DNA of 64,000 nucleotides from Mobula hypostoma. Lineage: Eukaryota. The notes below the pieces were generated by a model. That model saw only the letters and a program-made list of their open reading frames with translations. It did no database searches and was not told the DNA's origin. Every line of letters starts with the position of its first letter. The stretch's first letter is position 1. A program made the position numbers and the translations under genes. Shown in pieces: positions 23,755-38,564 of this stretch. The DNA lies in the NCBI RefSeq assembly GCF_963921235.1, contig NC_086097.1:157730001-157794000 (forward strand), given 5' to 3'.

Positions 23755-24865
23755 TCCAGAAGATAAGTTACATGAGGTCTATAGTGAATTGCCTGTTTGG
23801 ATTAAGAACTGGTTTGCACATAGAAGACAGAGGGTAGTGGTTGAAGGGACTTATTCGAGCTGGATGTCTGTAGTTAGTGGCATTCCACATGGATCTGTGC
23901 TGTGCCCTCTGCTGATTGTGATGTATATAAGTGACCTGGATGAAAATGTAGATGGGTGGTTGGTAAGTTTGTGCATGATAACAAGATTCCTGGAGCTGTG
24001 GATAGTGGAAAAGACTAGCAAATAATACAGCGTGATATAGATCAGTTGCAGATCTTGATAGAGAAATGGCAGATGCACCTCTGATAAATAAGAGGTGTTG
24101 CACCTTGGTAGGACAAATGCAGGGAGACAGTACACTATTAAGGGCAAGACCCTTAACAGTGTTACTAAGCAGAGAGATCTTGGGGTCCAAGTTCGTAACT
24201 CCATTGAAGAGGCTACACAGGTTGATAGCGTGGTTAAGAAAGCTCATGGAATGCTTGTTTTTATTAGTCAAGGCCTTGAGTTTAAAATTCAGGAGGTTAT
24301 GTTGGAACTTTACAAAACTCTGGTTAGGCCACATCTGGAGTATTGCATACGGTCACCCCACTATAGGAAGGATGCTGGCCCTTTGGAGAGGGTGCAGAAG
24401 AAGTTTAGCAGGATGCCTCCTGGTTCAGCCAACATGTGCTATCATGAGAGGATGGACAAACTTGGGCTGTTTTCTTTGGAATGATAGAGGCTGAGGAAAG
24501 ATCTGATAGAGGTTTATAAGGTAATGAGAGGCAGAGGTAGAGGAGACAGGGAGTATCTTTTTTCCAGGGTAGAAATGTCTAATACCAGAGGGCATGCATT
24601 GAGAGTGAGAGCGTGTAGGTTCAAAGGGGATGTGAGGGTTAAGTATTTTCCTCAGAGAGTCGTGGATGCCTGGAATGCACTGCCTGGTATGGTGGTAGAG
24701 GTAAGTACATTAGAGGCTTTTAACAGACATTTAGGTAGGCACAAAAACGTGAGGAAGATGGAGGAATATGGACATTGTGTAGGTAGGAGGGATTAGTTTT
24801 AAGGTTAATTTTAGTTTTTGTGGGCTGAAGGACCTGTTCATGTGCTATACTGCTCTGTGTTCAGT
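23755..24865 (+). mobile_element. 5'-truncated CR1 LINE (RT and 3'UTR)
   Basis: ORFs WIKNWFAHRRQRVVV..SGIPHGSVL, LYKTLVRPHLEYC and NTRGHALRV..FPQRVVDAWNALP. Confidence 0.93.
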
Positions 24866-26084
24866 ACTGTACAGAATACATTGCCACATATCTAAATTTG
24901 CTGTTTGTACCTACAAACTGCCAACTGAATGAATTGGAGTGCTACCAAGCAAAAAAACTTCTCCCACCTGCCTGAAACTAAGGGTTGATCCCAGTACTAC
25001 GTTTGTAAAAGAATTTTGTACAAAAATACTAAGTAATCGACAGGCTATATTACCATTAATAATTGTCCAAATTTTAAATATTATGGGAAATACATTACAA
25101 TGAACTTCAAAGTTAAGTTTAATGTTATATTATCATAAGGAAAAGCAATGATTTTTTCTGATATGTTCTACTGGTGCTGCAATCACTTTTCATATGATTC
25201 CAGCTCCAGAAAAAAAAACTACTGAGAATTTAATTACATTTTGATCTTCAAGACATCTTTAAAAGGAAGGGAAAATTCAGCTTGACTGAAGTAATTATAC
25301 AAAACAGCATTTACTCAGGATCCAAGGAAATTAAAGTTCATGGCAGTCTGCATGCTTTGCACAACAGCCAAGTATTTAACTCTCTCCAGCCATGTACAAG
25401 TGGGTGAACTGAAATTGTGTCTCAGATTGAGAATTTACTCTCCTTTTGATGCTGGCATGTGATTACTTTCACTGTGAATGAGGTTGTGGCAGGATAACTT
25501 CAGTAGAAGATAGAGAGTAACAAGACCTATTAAGCTAATTTCCAGTGTAACACCTCAAGAAGTCTGAACACGGTTAGGCTCTGATGGAGACTGTGGTGCA
25601 GATGGATGCTAAAGTAGTGGATAGGAACTCAGTGTAGTGAGGGGGAGGCCTTTAACTATTAGCTAATAAAATTGTGGAATAACATCAAAGATGATCTTGT
25701 TCAGCAGGTTTATTTATGACATCCCAAGTAAACATCATATTGATGCAATCTTGTATCGGATGTGCCAATGAGGTTGAGACATTTTGCCTGCCACAGTTCC
25801 TGAGGAGACATAGTGAGAGAAAGAGTTCAAATGAAGCCAGCAGGGGCAATCAAGACACTCTGCATGCCATAGTTCCATAGGAGCCATGGGATTGTGCATA
25901 ATTAGGCACTTGGCAAGGGCCAATAAAAAGAAGTTAGGTTTAAGTAGAGCGGACATTGTTGAAGTGGGCCAGTGTTAGAGTGGGAAGGTTAGGTTTTAGC
26001 TCATAGAGGCTTTGATGACAGACAAAGACTGTACGTAAATAGACTTTTTCATTAAAGTTTTCTTTCTTTTTTTCTCTTTGTTAG

Positions 26085-29000
26085 AGCAGAGTGGATACCT
26101 GACACGACAGTAGAATGTGGTGACCATCAGGAGGGGTAAAGAGGTAGCCAGTCCAGCCACTGTGGCCATTCCCCTCGACAATAGGAATACCATTTGATGG
26201 GAGGGATGACCTAGCAGAGGAAAGCCACTGCTATCAGATCTCTGGCACTGAATCTGGCTCTTTGACTCAGAAAGGAAGTGGAGCAGAGGGGAGAAGAGGT
26301 GAAGTGTGGTGTCAGGGGAACAGACCGGAGGCTTTGAGGATGAGAATGAGATGCTCATATGATATATTGTCTCTCAGGTTCCAGAATCAAGGATATGTCA
26401 GACTGAGTCCACAGAAGTCTTAAGTGGGAGGATGAACAGCCAGAGATTGTGGTCCATATCAGGACCAATGACACAGATAGGAATAGTCACACAGTCCTGC
26501 AAAGTGAGTTCAAGGATTTAGCTGCTAAACTAAAGGAGAGGACCCCTTAGGTTATGATCTCATAATTACTACCTGTGGCATGTGCTAGTGAGGTCAGAAA
26601 TAGGAAGATTATGGAGTTCAACACATGGCTAAAGATTTGGTGTAGGAGGGAGGACATCAGGTTTTTGGCTCATTGGGCTCTTTTCCAGTGAAGGTGGGAC
26701 CTGTACAGAAGAGACAGTTTGCACCTGATCTGGAGGCATCTAATATGCTTGCAGGAAGGATTTCTAGTGTTTGCATGCTGCAGGGGAATGGGAACCACAT
26801 TGCCAAAGCAGATAGTGGAGTGATTATGTAGAAAGACGTTGTTAAGCCTACACACAAAGTCAGGAGTTGAAAAGTTGAGCATGTTGGGACTAATGTTCTG
26901 AGTTGTGTATACTTCAATGCAAGGAGCATTGTAGGAAAGGGAAATGAGCTTAGGGCATGGATCAGCATGTGGAATTATGACATGATAGCCATTAGTGAAA
27001 CTTGGTTACAGGAGGGGCAGAACTGGCAGCTCAATGTTCTGGGGTTCTTTTGTTTTAGACGTGATAGAGTGGGAGGGATTAAAGGGGGAAGGGTAGCATT
27101 ACTAGTCAGGGAAAATGTCATGGCAGTGATCAGAAAGAACCGACTGGAGAGTTCATCTAATGAGGTTGTATGGGTGGAACTTGGGAATAAGAAAGGGATG
27201 ACCACAATAATGAGATTATATTATAGATCACCAAATTGTCACTGGGGTTTAGGAGAGTAAATTTATCAACAGACCACAGACTGTTGCAAGAAATATTAGT
27301 TTGTGACAGTTGGTGATTTTAATTTACCACATATTGACTGTAAAAGGGCTAGATGGGATAGAGTTTGCCAAATGCTTTCAGGAAAGTTTCCCTAATCAGT
27401 ACACAGAAAACCCAACTAGAGAGAGTGCAATAACAGATATCCTATTTAAGATTGAGACAGGGCAGGTAACAAAAGATTGTGTAGGGGAACATTTTGCATT
27501 TAGCGATCATAATGCCATTATTTTCAAGATAATTATGGATAAGAATAGGTCAAGTCCTCAAGTTGAGATCCTAAATTAGAGAAAGGCTAATTTTGATGGT
27601 ATCAGAAAGGATCTAGCAAATATGGATTGGTATAGGTTGTTTTCTGACAGAAGTGTATTCGGTAAGTGGGAAGCCTTCAAAAGTGAAATTTTGATAGTAG
27701 AGTTTGTATGTTCCTCTCAGAATAAAGGACAAGTATAACAAGTTTAGGAAACCTTGGTTTTCAAGAGATATTGAGATCCTAAGAAGGAAGGAGCAAATGA
27801 AGTTCTTGAGGAGTATAAGAAATGCAAAGGAACACTTCAGAAAGAAATTAGGAGGGCTAAAAGAAGGCGTGAGGTTACTCTTGCAGACAAGGGGAAGAAG
27901 AATCCCAAGAGCTTCAACAGATATATTAAGAACAAAAGGATAGCAAAAGACAGAATTGGTCCATTTGAGGATCAGAATGGTCATGTATGCATGGAGCCAA
28001 AAGAGATGATGAAGATCTTAAATTGATTTTTTTCCATCTTTATTTACTCAGGAGATGGACACAGAGCCTAAAGAAGTAAAGCAAAGCAGCAGTGAGGTCA
28101 TGGACGGATACAGATTACAGAGGAGGAGGTGTTTGCTATCTTGAGATAAATTAGGGTGGATAAATCCTCAGGGCCTGATAAGGTGTTCCCTTGGACCCTG
28201 TGGGAGGCTAATGCACAAATTGTAGGAGCTCTAGCAGAGATATTAAAATGTCGTTAGCAACAGTTAATGTGTCAGAGGATTAGAGGATAACTAATGTTAT
28301 TCAATTGTTTAAAAAAGGCTTTAAGAACAAGCCTGGAAATTATAGGCCAGAAAGCTTGACATCAGTATTAGGTAGGTTATTGGAAGGTATTCTAAGGGAC
28401 TAGACATATCAGTATTTGGATAGACAGGGACTGATTAGGGATAGTCAGCATGGCTTTATACTGTACATGGTAGGCCGTATCTACCCAATCTTATAGAGTT
28501 TTTTGAGGAAGTTGCCAGAAAAATTGATGAAAGCACCATAGTAGAAGTTGTCTACATGGAATTTAACAAGACCTTTGACAAGGTCCCCCATGAGAGGTTG
28601 GACAAGAAGATTCAGTCGCTTGGCATTGAAGATGAGGTAGTAAATTGGATTAGACATTGCCTTTGTGGGCGAACCCAGAGGGTGGTAATAGATGTTTGCC
28701 CCTCTGACTGGAGGCCTGTGATTAGTGGTGGTGTACTTGGTCCATTGTCGATTACCATCTATATCAACGATCTGGATGATAATGTGGCTAACTGGATCAG
28801 CAAATTTGTGGATGGCACCAAGATTCGGGGTTTAGTAGACAGTGGGGAAGACGATTAAAGTTTCCAGTGGGATCTGGACCAGCTAGAAAAATAGGCTGAA
28901 AAATGGCAGATGGAAATTAATGCATTCAAGTGTACTTTGGGAGGACCAACCAGAGTAGGAGTTACATGGTGAAGGGAAGGGCACTGAGGGCTGCAGTAGG

Positions 29001-29360
29001 ACAGAAGGATCTGGGAACACAGATCCAAAATTTCTTGAAAGTTCCATCAAGAGTAGTTAGATTCCAAAAGAAATATTTTGGGACATTGGGCTTCATAAAT
29101 CAAAGTACTGAGTACAGGATTTCAGATGTTATGTTGAGGTTGTAAAGATGCCAGTGATTGTGTGCAGTTTTGGTCACCTACCTGCAGGAAAGATGTCAAT
29201 AAGATTGAAGAGTACAGAGAAAATTTACAAGGATGTTGCCATGACTTGAATACCTGAATTATATGGAAAGGTTGAATAGGTTAGAACTTTATTCCCTAGA
29301 ATGTAGAAGAATGAGAGGAGATTTGATAGAAGTAATGTATACAAAATTATGAGGTGTTAT
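26085..29360 (+). mobile_element. Near full-length decayed CR1 LINE (ORF1 SGNH esterase remnant, APE, RT)
   Basis: IVVHIRTND and DLYRRDSLHL-like esterase motifs at about 26445-26730; YDMIAISETWL..RRDR..GGRVALLV; FSDHNAI; FNKTFDKVPH; YINDLDD..SKFVDGTK. Confidence 0.93.
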
Positions 29361-30772
29361 TCACCCTCCTAAATATGAGCAGAAAATTTCCTTGGATGGG
29401 CTGGAAATGTTTCCTTCTCCTGTAGTTTCAGTTCACAAGGGATTTTATAGATTAGGGGCTTGGGGCAAAATTTCACTACAATGCATTCATATTTGATTGG
29501 CATAATATTGTAAAGCCCATTCTTTTGTCTTGTGTGATTTTATAAGCTTCCCTAATCAGCAATTATAGATCTGCCCCTACTATTGTAGCATAATATATTC
29601 ATAGGTGAACAGTATAAAGCAGAGATTAAAATCACGTTGTGTGTTAATAGCTACTGCTCTTATACTACATTCTGCAGAGTGCTTTTTTGATGGTAACATT
29701 GGTTTGTAAAAGTAGGTTAACACTTGTTAAGAGAGGAGATAATGAAAATTCATGTGAAGGTGTCAGATTCAACACCGTTATTTCATCGAGTAATTTCAAT
29801 TTAAAAGTCTCACCATCAAGATCACTTATTAAAATATCTTAACATTTTTCTTCCTACTGACATGAGAAAGTATTTGTGTTGTGGGAAAAGACTATCACTG
29901 AAGAAGGATGTATCCTACAACTGGACTCAAAGTGAGAAGCACAGAAAAGTTAGAGGTGCACACAGGTGAATGCTTGTAAGTTAACCTTTAACAAAGAGAC
30001 TCAAGAATAACCTCATTATTTTTTCACTCTTGATAATTACTTTTTCAAACTCCTCGATGTGGAAAAAAAGAAAGAAACAGCATTTTAAGTGAGTATGAAA
30101 CTGAACTTAGCTTCTTTGGATCAAATCATTAACATCCTTTCTGCTTGATTTTGTGAGGGAAATCAACTGCTGCACTCACTTCAGCCTTTTAAGCATACTG
30201 AAGATTTGACAGTATTTTGTTAATTTAGTTCCATAGAGTCATTGTGAGACAAACTATCCAGACAATTGGATGAACATGTCATAAACACTTATCATTTCAA
30301 CAATTTTCTAAATTCAATAAGCATCAGAAATGCTTAGCAAGTGATTAAACTGCATAAAGGCCTCATCATAAAAGACTTCTCTCACTACTTTTATATATAA
30401 TATCCTACATTTAAAAATGTGATAACTCACGGCTTTCCATGTAGTATTCTCCCCATCAGTTCCACTCAATTTAGGAAAATTCCTTGAGGTCGCTTTTTTT
30501 AAAATGCTCTTAGTTATACAATTATTGATATTGTCAAGAATGAAATCCTCTTTCTTATTGCATCAGGCATAACATTTCTATAGCCATCCTCCAATACAAA
30601 TCGAGAGAAATAAAATTCAATTACTTTAAATGCAGTGCACTGGAACTGTCCTGCATAATTTTTTCTCTAACCTTTCCATTCTGGAAAATTATTTTAAAAT
30701 ATGAGAGAATTTCATTCCTTGAGATCTTTCCTCTAATTGGAAACAAAATGTCTCTAAAAAGAGCAACACTAA

Positions 30773-31559
30773 TGTAACGCCCAGGTTAAAATTTTTATTG
30801 CTATGCTGTAGGCAGTTCATTTAGCAGTTCTGTAAGAGCAGTTGGTTCTGCTTGTAGCATGTTTTGGTGTAAGCTCAAGATAAGAGGCTATGTTGTTCAA
30901 CTTAGGAATGCAGTGTCAGCCAATCAGGATGGTGGAATTGGCAAAAGATTCTAGAGAATACTGGACAGAGAGGTTTTTGTGACGGGCACTGGTGTGGGTC
31001 GAGGTCCAGGTCTTTTTTGGGGGCACTGGGAGAAGACAGGAGAGATGAATGGCTTCAAAGAGAAAGGACCAATACTCCCGTGGGGGAGCCCATTTGTTTG
31101 AGATAGATTTCCAGTGACATTCAGAAGGTGGTGTGTGCTTAAATGCAAACCAAGGGTCCAGCGCTTGAGTTAAAGATAATTTCAAGATGAGCTCTAACTT
31201 GTGTGCATAGTTGGTTGGGTTAACTGTAATCAGCCCTTTTTATTTTTTTATTTTCTTTTTCCTACTAATTGTTCAATAAAGCTGAAATTTGTAACTATGC
31301 TTTCTTTATAATTGTATGCATCTATTATTTCTTGCTGGCGAGTAATTGCAAGTGAGCAGCATTTACACAATATTCACTCAGACTGGGGTGCGGGTGGTCA
31401 AAACATCCCAGCTCTCCCGGTCTGGTGGGACCCAAGTCATATCAACTCTAGACATAGGGAGTTCGAGAAAGGTGGTTTTCTCACTGCTGAGTTCGTTGGC
31501 TTGTTAGTGAGGGGCTAACCAGCCACGTTTCTAGAGACGCCCAGTAAAAAGGGGTTTAA
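30773..31559 (+). mobile_element. Probable solo LTR (about 790 bp)
   Basis: Starts TGTAAC; CCAAT near 30920; AATAAA near 31275; GC-richer than its flanks; ends aaaaaggggtttaa with decayed CA; flanks CTAA/CTAG (imperfect TSD). Confidence 0.6.
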
Positions 31560-34033
31560 CTAGCTTCACCATATGCAAATGACACAATAATCAAATAGTG
31601 AATGCAATCACAGTTTTGCAAAAATGGAGGAATGCCATTAGAAATTTATTTTGTTCATGATAACAGTTTCTTCATCAATATTCCCCTTTGGCCTCTTCCA
31701 TACTTCTCCTGACGGGATTTATTAATTCTTTGGGAAGTTTCCATAAAATTTACAGTCTCTGGTATATTGGCATATGGTAGCTGTTCATGAGAGAGCATCA
31801 TCAAGTGTTATAAGGCCTTTTTTTCATAATGTGACATTTAAGCCAATGTTAATTCTATCCTCATCCAATATGCACCACATGCACTTCTGAAGTGGCTTAC
31901 TGGATTCTTACTATTTAACCCTCTCTAAGCCAGGTGTGATTATTTCAGAGAGGATCTGATATCTCAGCATATAAAGGAATTAAATCTCCAGGTTCTTCAT
32001 CATATGAAACAGTAACTGACTGAATAAACTCATGAAATAATTGAAAATATCAGTTTTTCTATCAATATGCCTCATGGAATAAAGCACGGTTTTTAAAGAA
32101 GCAATCCAAGGCAAAGTCTTTATAAAGTTATTGTGGAAAACCTTTCACCAGATACTCATAACTGCATTTGGCAGATTATTATTAGCCCAGATATTGATGG
32201 CATGACAACTCTTTAAATCAACATCATTAAACATATTACAAACATCATGAAAATCAAACAGTAATATAACACACATTACAATTAGTACAATTCAAAAAAT
32301 CTTTAAGAGTACAAGAAAAAGTAAGATGAGAACAGTATATTGAGAAGAATGAGTTTATGGCATGAGTATCAGAGTGGAATAAAGGGAGTGACCCATGAGT
32401 GTGAAGAACAAATGAGAAACAGTGACAAATCTCAACAGAAAGTGAGTAAATGATAGAATGAGGACAGTTCCATACCTTGAGGTCAGACCTGTACAGTGAA
32501 CAGACCAGGCAAACCAAGCAAGGACTGAGTTTACACCCTAGTGGAAAGATCTTTCAGAAGACTATTATACAGCTGCAAGGAAGGTTAACAAAAGGTCAAC
32601 TAGAACTATTCTCTCAGATATCAGTGGGGCTTTTTGAACAGATTTTCAGACAGCCTATTGGAAGACGGCCATTGTCCCAGGAACTTGTGTCAACTGTAGG
32701 TCTGTTTCATTAGTGTGTCAGATTTCAAAACAGACTGCGGACTGGAGGCAAGAGAGAGTGTTGAATCTCAAATTTTAAAAAATCCTGGGTTATATTGCAC
32801 TGAGCGGATTTACATTGGCTTGGGATACTGGGCAGGAAGGACAGTTAGTGTTAAGCGAGACAGAGCGTGCTTCATGCAAATGATGTGAGAATAGGAAAGG
32901 AAATTTTGATTTTATCTGGGGTGTGGGATGTGTGAAAGTGTGTGGGTAGAAAGCAAAGATTGGAAAGGAGAGCTAGAAGGAGAATCTGGGAAAACAGCTA
33001 ATCAAGAGGTGAAACTATACATGTTCATTTTCCTATAAAAGAGTTGAAACTTACTATTACAAGGCTGTTTATTGCATAATCTTCCTTCTTCTGAAATTCC
33101 TTCACAAACAAACCCTTCCTCTAACTGGGAATGGCAGGTTCTGCTTCGGGTCTGCAATCCACCCCCACACGACTTGGTACAGTCACCCCAAGACGACCAG
33201 GCTTTCCAGCCACCTAGTCAAGAACCAGAGCAGTATGAGATAAAGGTCTTTTTTTTAATATCCCGGCGCTTCTAAGCTGCATTCACTAACTATAGTTAAG
33301 CCCATTAGAAACAAAAATGAATGCACCGTGCATTGAGCTGTGCCAACAGTGTCAATGCAGCCCTCCCTTTCCTCTTTCCTTTCCTCTGCTCCTTAGCCTG
33401 CAGTCAGTGGTATTCCTGAGGAGGAGGACCTGCTGGCTGAGATCAAGGCACATATGGAAGAAGGACACTTCTGTGGCAATTCATATCAGTTTGGCATCAA
33501 TATAAGAAATATCATGCCACAACCTCCAGTCATTCAACCATCCTTTGAACTCCAGCAGCTGAGAAGAGTTACCTTTGGCACCGACTGGAAATAGCTGTAC
33601 TCAATTGAAAGCACATTGTGCTGCCATGTTTCACTGAACCACAAGGTTGGGAGAAAGACAAAAAAAATGAAAAGGTTGATTCAAAACAAAATCTAATCAA
33701 GAAAAATAAATATGGGAATGCAAAAATAAAAGTTCTTTACCGTGTTTTCTGAAGGCAATGATGAGTTTTGTGTACTGTCTATGCAGCTAAATATATATAA
33801 AATAACAACAGCTGAACTTGGGGTTTGATGCTTTAATTGCTTAGCCAATCGGTGTGTCATCACAGTACACAGCAACATCACTTACATCATGTACCTTTAT
33901 GAAAGAATGATTTTGACTAGCTGACAAATGTATAAACAAGCACATTAAATTAACAATGCAGAATAATTTCATCATGTTTCACTGCTTTGTTGGAACTTTG
34001 CTTACAATCAAGTAAATCACCGTCAGGTACTCA

Positions 34034-34119
34034 GCTGTTTATTTTCCCTTTGCCTTAATCTCTCCATTGAGTAGCAATCTGCTCAATAGAGAGATTACAG
34101 CAAAGGGAAAATAGGCAGC
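34034..34119. other. Inverted repeat / hairpin: 41-bp stem, 4-nt loop
   Basis: Arms 34034-34074 and 34079-34119: 35 Watson-Crick pairs, 3 G.U pairs and 3 mismatches on the + strand; loop CAAT. Confidence 0.9.
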
Positions 34120-35489
34120 AAATCTTTGGACCAGATAACCCACAGCACAGCAAGTAGGGGCTTGTACTTTCTGTCAGAAAAATTCTGTCGATTTCTATTG
34201 CCGCATATTTGCTGCAGAATTAATAGGAACTTTCAAACCCAGAAAGGTTTAAAAAAAATTGTGATAAATATTTAGTTTCATTTCAGTCAAATGCCTGATT
34301 GCAGGGAAATCAGTAAATACTGCAATTTAGACAGACCCAAGCCTGTCTCAGTTCTGAAAAGATTTAATCTCTGGAAAAACAGGGATGAGGAGGGGAAAGC
34401 ATGTAGACAAGAGGAAGCTATGAAGGGAAGGTGAAAGAAATAGAGCACAAGCAACACATTTAGAAATGAAGTGTATTCAAGAGACAAAATAGCTACAGGA
34501 GGGATTTAAACTCAGTGTGGAAGGAAGGAGAGATACAGAAAAAGAAAGAAACAAGTAAGAGAAATAGACAAGTGAGGATGAAGAGCAGAAGACTGAGAGT
34601 CAAAAGAATCAGAAAACAGAAGTAATAAAAAGTTGTAAAGTAGGGCACAAGAGCCAAAAAATTCAGCACTGTAGAAAACTGTAAGGCAGCAAGGTAAGGT
34701 ATCAAGAACAACAAAGAAAAGGACAAGCATAATAGCAAGATTGCTTTATCAGTCAGGAAAATCAGCAGGCTGTTCAGATTGTGGCTCAGAGCACAAAAGG
34801 AAAAGCAAACTGTCAGAAGTGAGTGGTAGGAAAGACAAGTGGCAAGGATAGATGTTATCAGCAAAAACCCAGAAGCAGGTAAAGGTAAAGCAGTAATGAT
34901 AGCATGTTCAGGTTGCAGGGCCCCAATACTATTAAGAAAAATAACAATTTTAATTAGCATTTATAAAATATAAATGTATTTATAAAATATAAATATATCA
35001 CCATTTGCAAACTGCTTTTGTGGTGTTTGACATTACTCAGACAGCTCAAATGCAGTTCTGCAAATTAGATGTTGTTTACCTGTTTTTATATAACAGTTTC
35101 AATCAACAAAGCAAAAAAAAGAATTGAATGCTGCAAGTACATAGTGAATACATTGTTAGTATAATGGTTGTAATTTAAAACCGATGGACAATACATGAAC
35201 AATTTGAAATCAAATATAATGGACACCGCACAGATATGGCTTTGACTTTCAAGTATTAGTCCAACAAATCTAGAACAATAAGCTTGCAAGTACATGTATT
35301 AATGCTTATACCTTACTAAAATACGTTTGTTGCTTTTAACTTAGCTGCATCTCACAGCAAACCCAGCATGTAAAAGATTCAAATGCTCTAAATTCTGTCA
35401 TGCAAAGTAAACATGTACATCATTTAATACGTCTTTGTTAATTTAACTTTAAGTCTTTGAAGAAAGTACAAAAAGAACATTAAAATTTA

Positions 35490-35572
35490 AGCAACACACA
35501 TCAAAGTTGCTGGTGAATGCAGCAGGCCAAGCAGCATCTATAGGAAGAGGCGCAGTCGACGTTTCAGGCCGT
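35490..35572 (-). repeat. Penelope terminal fragment
   Basis: agcaacacacatcaaagttgctggtgaatgcagcaggccaagcagcatctatagg..gtcgacgtttcaggcc. Confidence 0.75.
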
Positions 35573-38564
35573 TTTCTCCACCCAAAACCCACACTTAAAG
35601 CTATACCTGTGGTACATATTTGCAGTGCTGATTTCTCACTTTTACCAGTGGCCAACTTCATCCCTGACTGTTCTAGAATAATCTTAATTTATATAGGCAT
35701 TAATTAAAAAAAAGAAGTCACCATGACATGGATGGAAATACATTGCAATCTTCACAAGGTTTAAAACATTTAATGTACACATCATAAAACATAGAATTTT
35801 AGAATGAATAAATTAAGTACCTACTCATATTGTAGACATACCCAGACCCAATTTACAGAATAAACTGCCCAATCCAAAGATGGAATGCCAATCCAAGCTA
35901 TAATTACTATATTGGATATTGCTCCCATTTTACCAACTCATGAAGAAAACCACTAAGGTTTCCAATGCAAAAGTGCATCACTGTAACCTAAGATTCCCAG
36001 AGCTGATGGTTGAAATAATTAAATTGGAGGTTTAAAATCCTCTACGATTTGACTTACTATTTTCCCCCATTCTACAGTTTCTTGCCACAGGGCTTAGATA
36101 AATGTTCCTCCTAAAGCCACAACCATCATACACATTTACATTTATCCCTTTCAAATATCAGCAGTACTGCTGTGATTATGTTGGCTCTTATTTATCTAAA
36201 TTCATATAAACACAACTAGCACAATAAATGGAATGAGACTATAGATGAACCATTGGGTCACATCAATGTAACAATGTTAAATACAGACTTTATTCCTGAG
36301 CACTGATTGCCTCACTCACTTTGCAAAGTGTCAAAAAAACAAACTCTGCAGAACTTTGATGCCACATTTGATCATGAAATAAGATATGAACCATCAATAA
36401 AACTACTCTTCCATCTTCATAATATTGGTCAACTCTGCCTTAGTTTATCTTTTGTTAAATATCTTAGATATCACTGGATTTGACGCCAGATTGCCTTGCT
36501 CATTAAGTTAGCATCATTTTAAACTCAGCTACCTGTCCTGACTCATATTCACCTGGCAACCCTATATTTCTCTATCTTCATTTTCACCATGTTCGAATTT
36601 AAAATTCTGGCCTTGTTTACAGGCCCTTCTTTTACTTCAACCCTACCAATCTCTGTGATTTCTTCTGATTCTATAAACTTCTGAGATATGCACTCCATCT
36701 TCTCTAATGTTGTAATTATCACTGATATCCTTCTTTATTTGTTGACTGGATTGGGATTATCCATGAAATGCCAGCATTTATCGTCCATCTTTAATTGCAC
36801 CTGAATTGAGGCGGCAAATACATCGAGCCTACAATTGTGTGGAGATCAGACTGGTTCATGTCGGCAGGTTTCTTTCTCTGAAATTCATTGATGAATCAGA
36901 TGGATTTTTATAACATTCTGATAGCTACTTTTACAGAGCTTGCTTTGTTTAAAACTCCAGATTTATTCAACTACTTGAATTTCAGCTGTATTGGAATCTG
37001 AATTCATGCTTGGGCCACAATGGTCTAGAAGTGTGGTTACTAGTCCCAACATGTAACTGCTCCTCCAGCTGCTGTGGTCTTGCGATCTCAATTTCCCTCT
37101 TTAAACCTCAATGAATCCTAATTTTCTTTCCACCTTTAAGACACTCCTTAAAACCACATCATTGACCAAGGGTCAGTTTTCTACTCCCAAAAGGCATGGT
37201 GTTGGGTTTTGTCTTTTTTCCAATGAAGAGCCTCGAAATGTTTGGCTACATTAAGGGTGCGATAGAAGTGATGGTTGTTTGTCTTATGAGAAATCAAGTG
37301 CTTTGCTATCCGTTTCCACTATTCTAAGATTTTTATATACAGTAAATTCTAAGATTTATACTCTCTCCTCCTTTTGTCAAGCATCTGTATGCCTGAGAGG
37401 CTGCTGTTGCCTGGTGACTGTAAAAGAAGGCATTGGAAACAGCCAACAGCACCAGCTAATCAGGAGATTATGTCACACTATCAGCAAAGGCACAGACTGG
37501 CCTTCTTCCCAATATAGTGTTAGAATGAATTTCTCAATTCTGAGTTTGCTACACCCATAAATCATTTAGGAACTTCTAACTGCACCTACAAATTTATGGC
37601 AACAACAGGCCACCAATAGACATTGTCAGTCATGATGTTCAGAAAGGGAAGATGTTTGTTCAAACATTGTGCTAATGTAGGAGAGGCATGGAAATGCAGG
37701 CTGCACAATGGATGAAGCTATGCAGCATACTTCGACTGAACGAGCATGAAAAGTAGGCAACACTCTGGAGAGATCTCATTGTTGCAGCCCTGCAACCACG
37801 CCAATAATTTTATGCTCACCTAATGGTTTGTGAGCACCCCCTGCTGACTGATCTTGATGTTACATTAATCACAAAACAATGATTTGCAATTATCTGCATT
37901 TCTTCTAACCAGAACAATACCTGCTGGCTATAGATATCATGAACAGTCATTTCACTGATTATATAGTCATTCAGAATATCTTTGTCAGCATCTTAAGGGA
38001 ATGAAATAAGCCTTTTAGCTATTAAACACAAGACCTTAGAATTTACTGCATAGAAATAGCAGCACTAAAATAGGCCATTCTGCCCTACTGGTCTGTACCA
38101 GGATTTATATTTCAAAGTGAATGTCCTTCATCAACAGCTAGTTATTTTTCCTTCATAACATATATACATTCCCCTTATGTACGTCATGGACATCTGTCCC
38201 AACTGCACCTTTTCTTAGCAAGGACTCAATTTCAAATATTGGTGACCAGTTCTTCGGATAAAATAACAACTACTGAGGTTCAGTGTTTCAATTATGAAGC
38301 ATATTTCAAATATTGACGGATAAATTAATGTAAATGAATAAATCTAAACTTTTTGGGCTTTTTATGTCTGCATTTTCTTAAAAGAGGAATTTCAGAGCCA
38401 AACAGGTGGATATAGGGAAGAAATTTAATAGCCCAAAAGTATCAACCAATATTTTGTGAAATGAGTATTCCATCTCCTTAGATGCTACTTTGCATGTCAG
38501 ATCAGGTTACTCCAGCTATAGCTGTTTAAATTAAGAAGCCTCCCTAGAAAGGTAGATTTTCAGT

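Noticed and set aside
23768..24334. Longest ORF in the window (188 aa, minus strand)
   Set aside because: Antisense shadow of a CR1 RT region.
34493..34960. 155-aa hydrophobic ORF resembling a membrane protein
   Set aside because: It is the antisense of an A/G-rich tract, so T/C-rich codons give Leu/Phe automatically; no recognisable family.
34959..34995. Short tandem duplications (also about 20268-20292 and 57840-57865)
   Set aside because: Ordinary slippage in AT-rich DNA.
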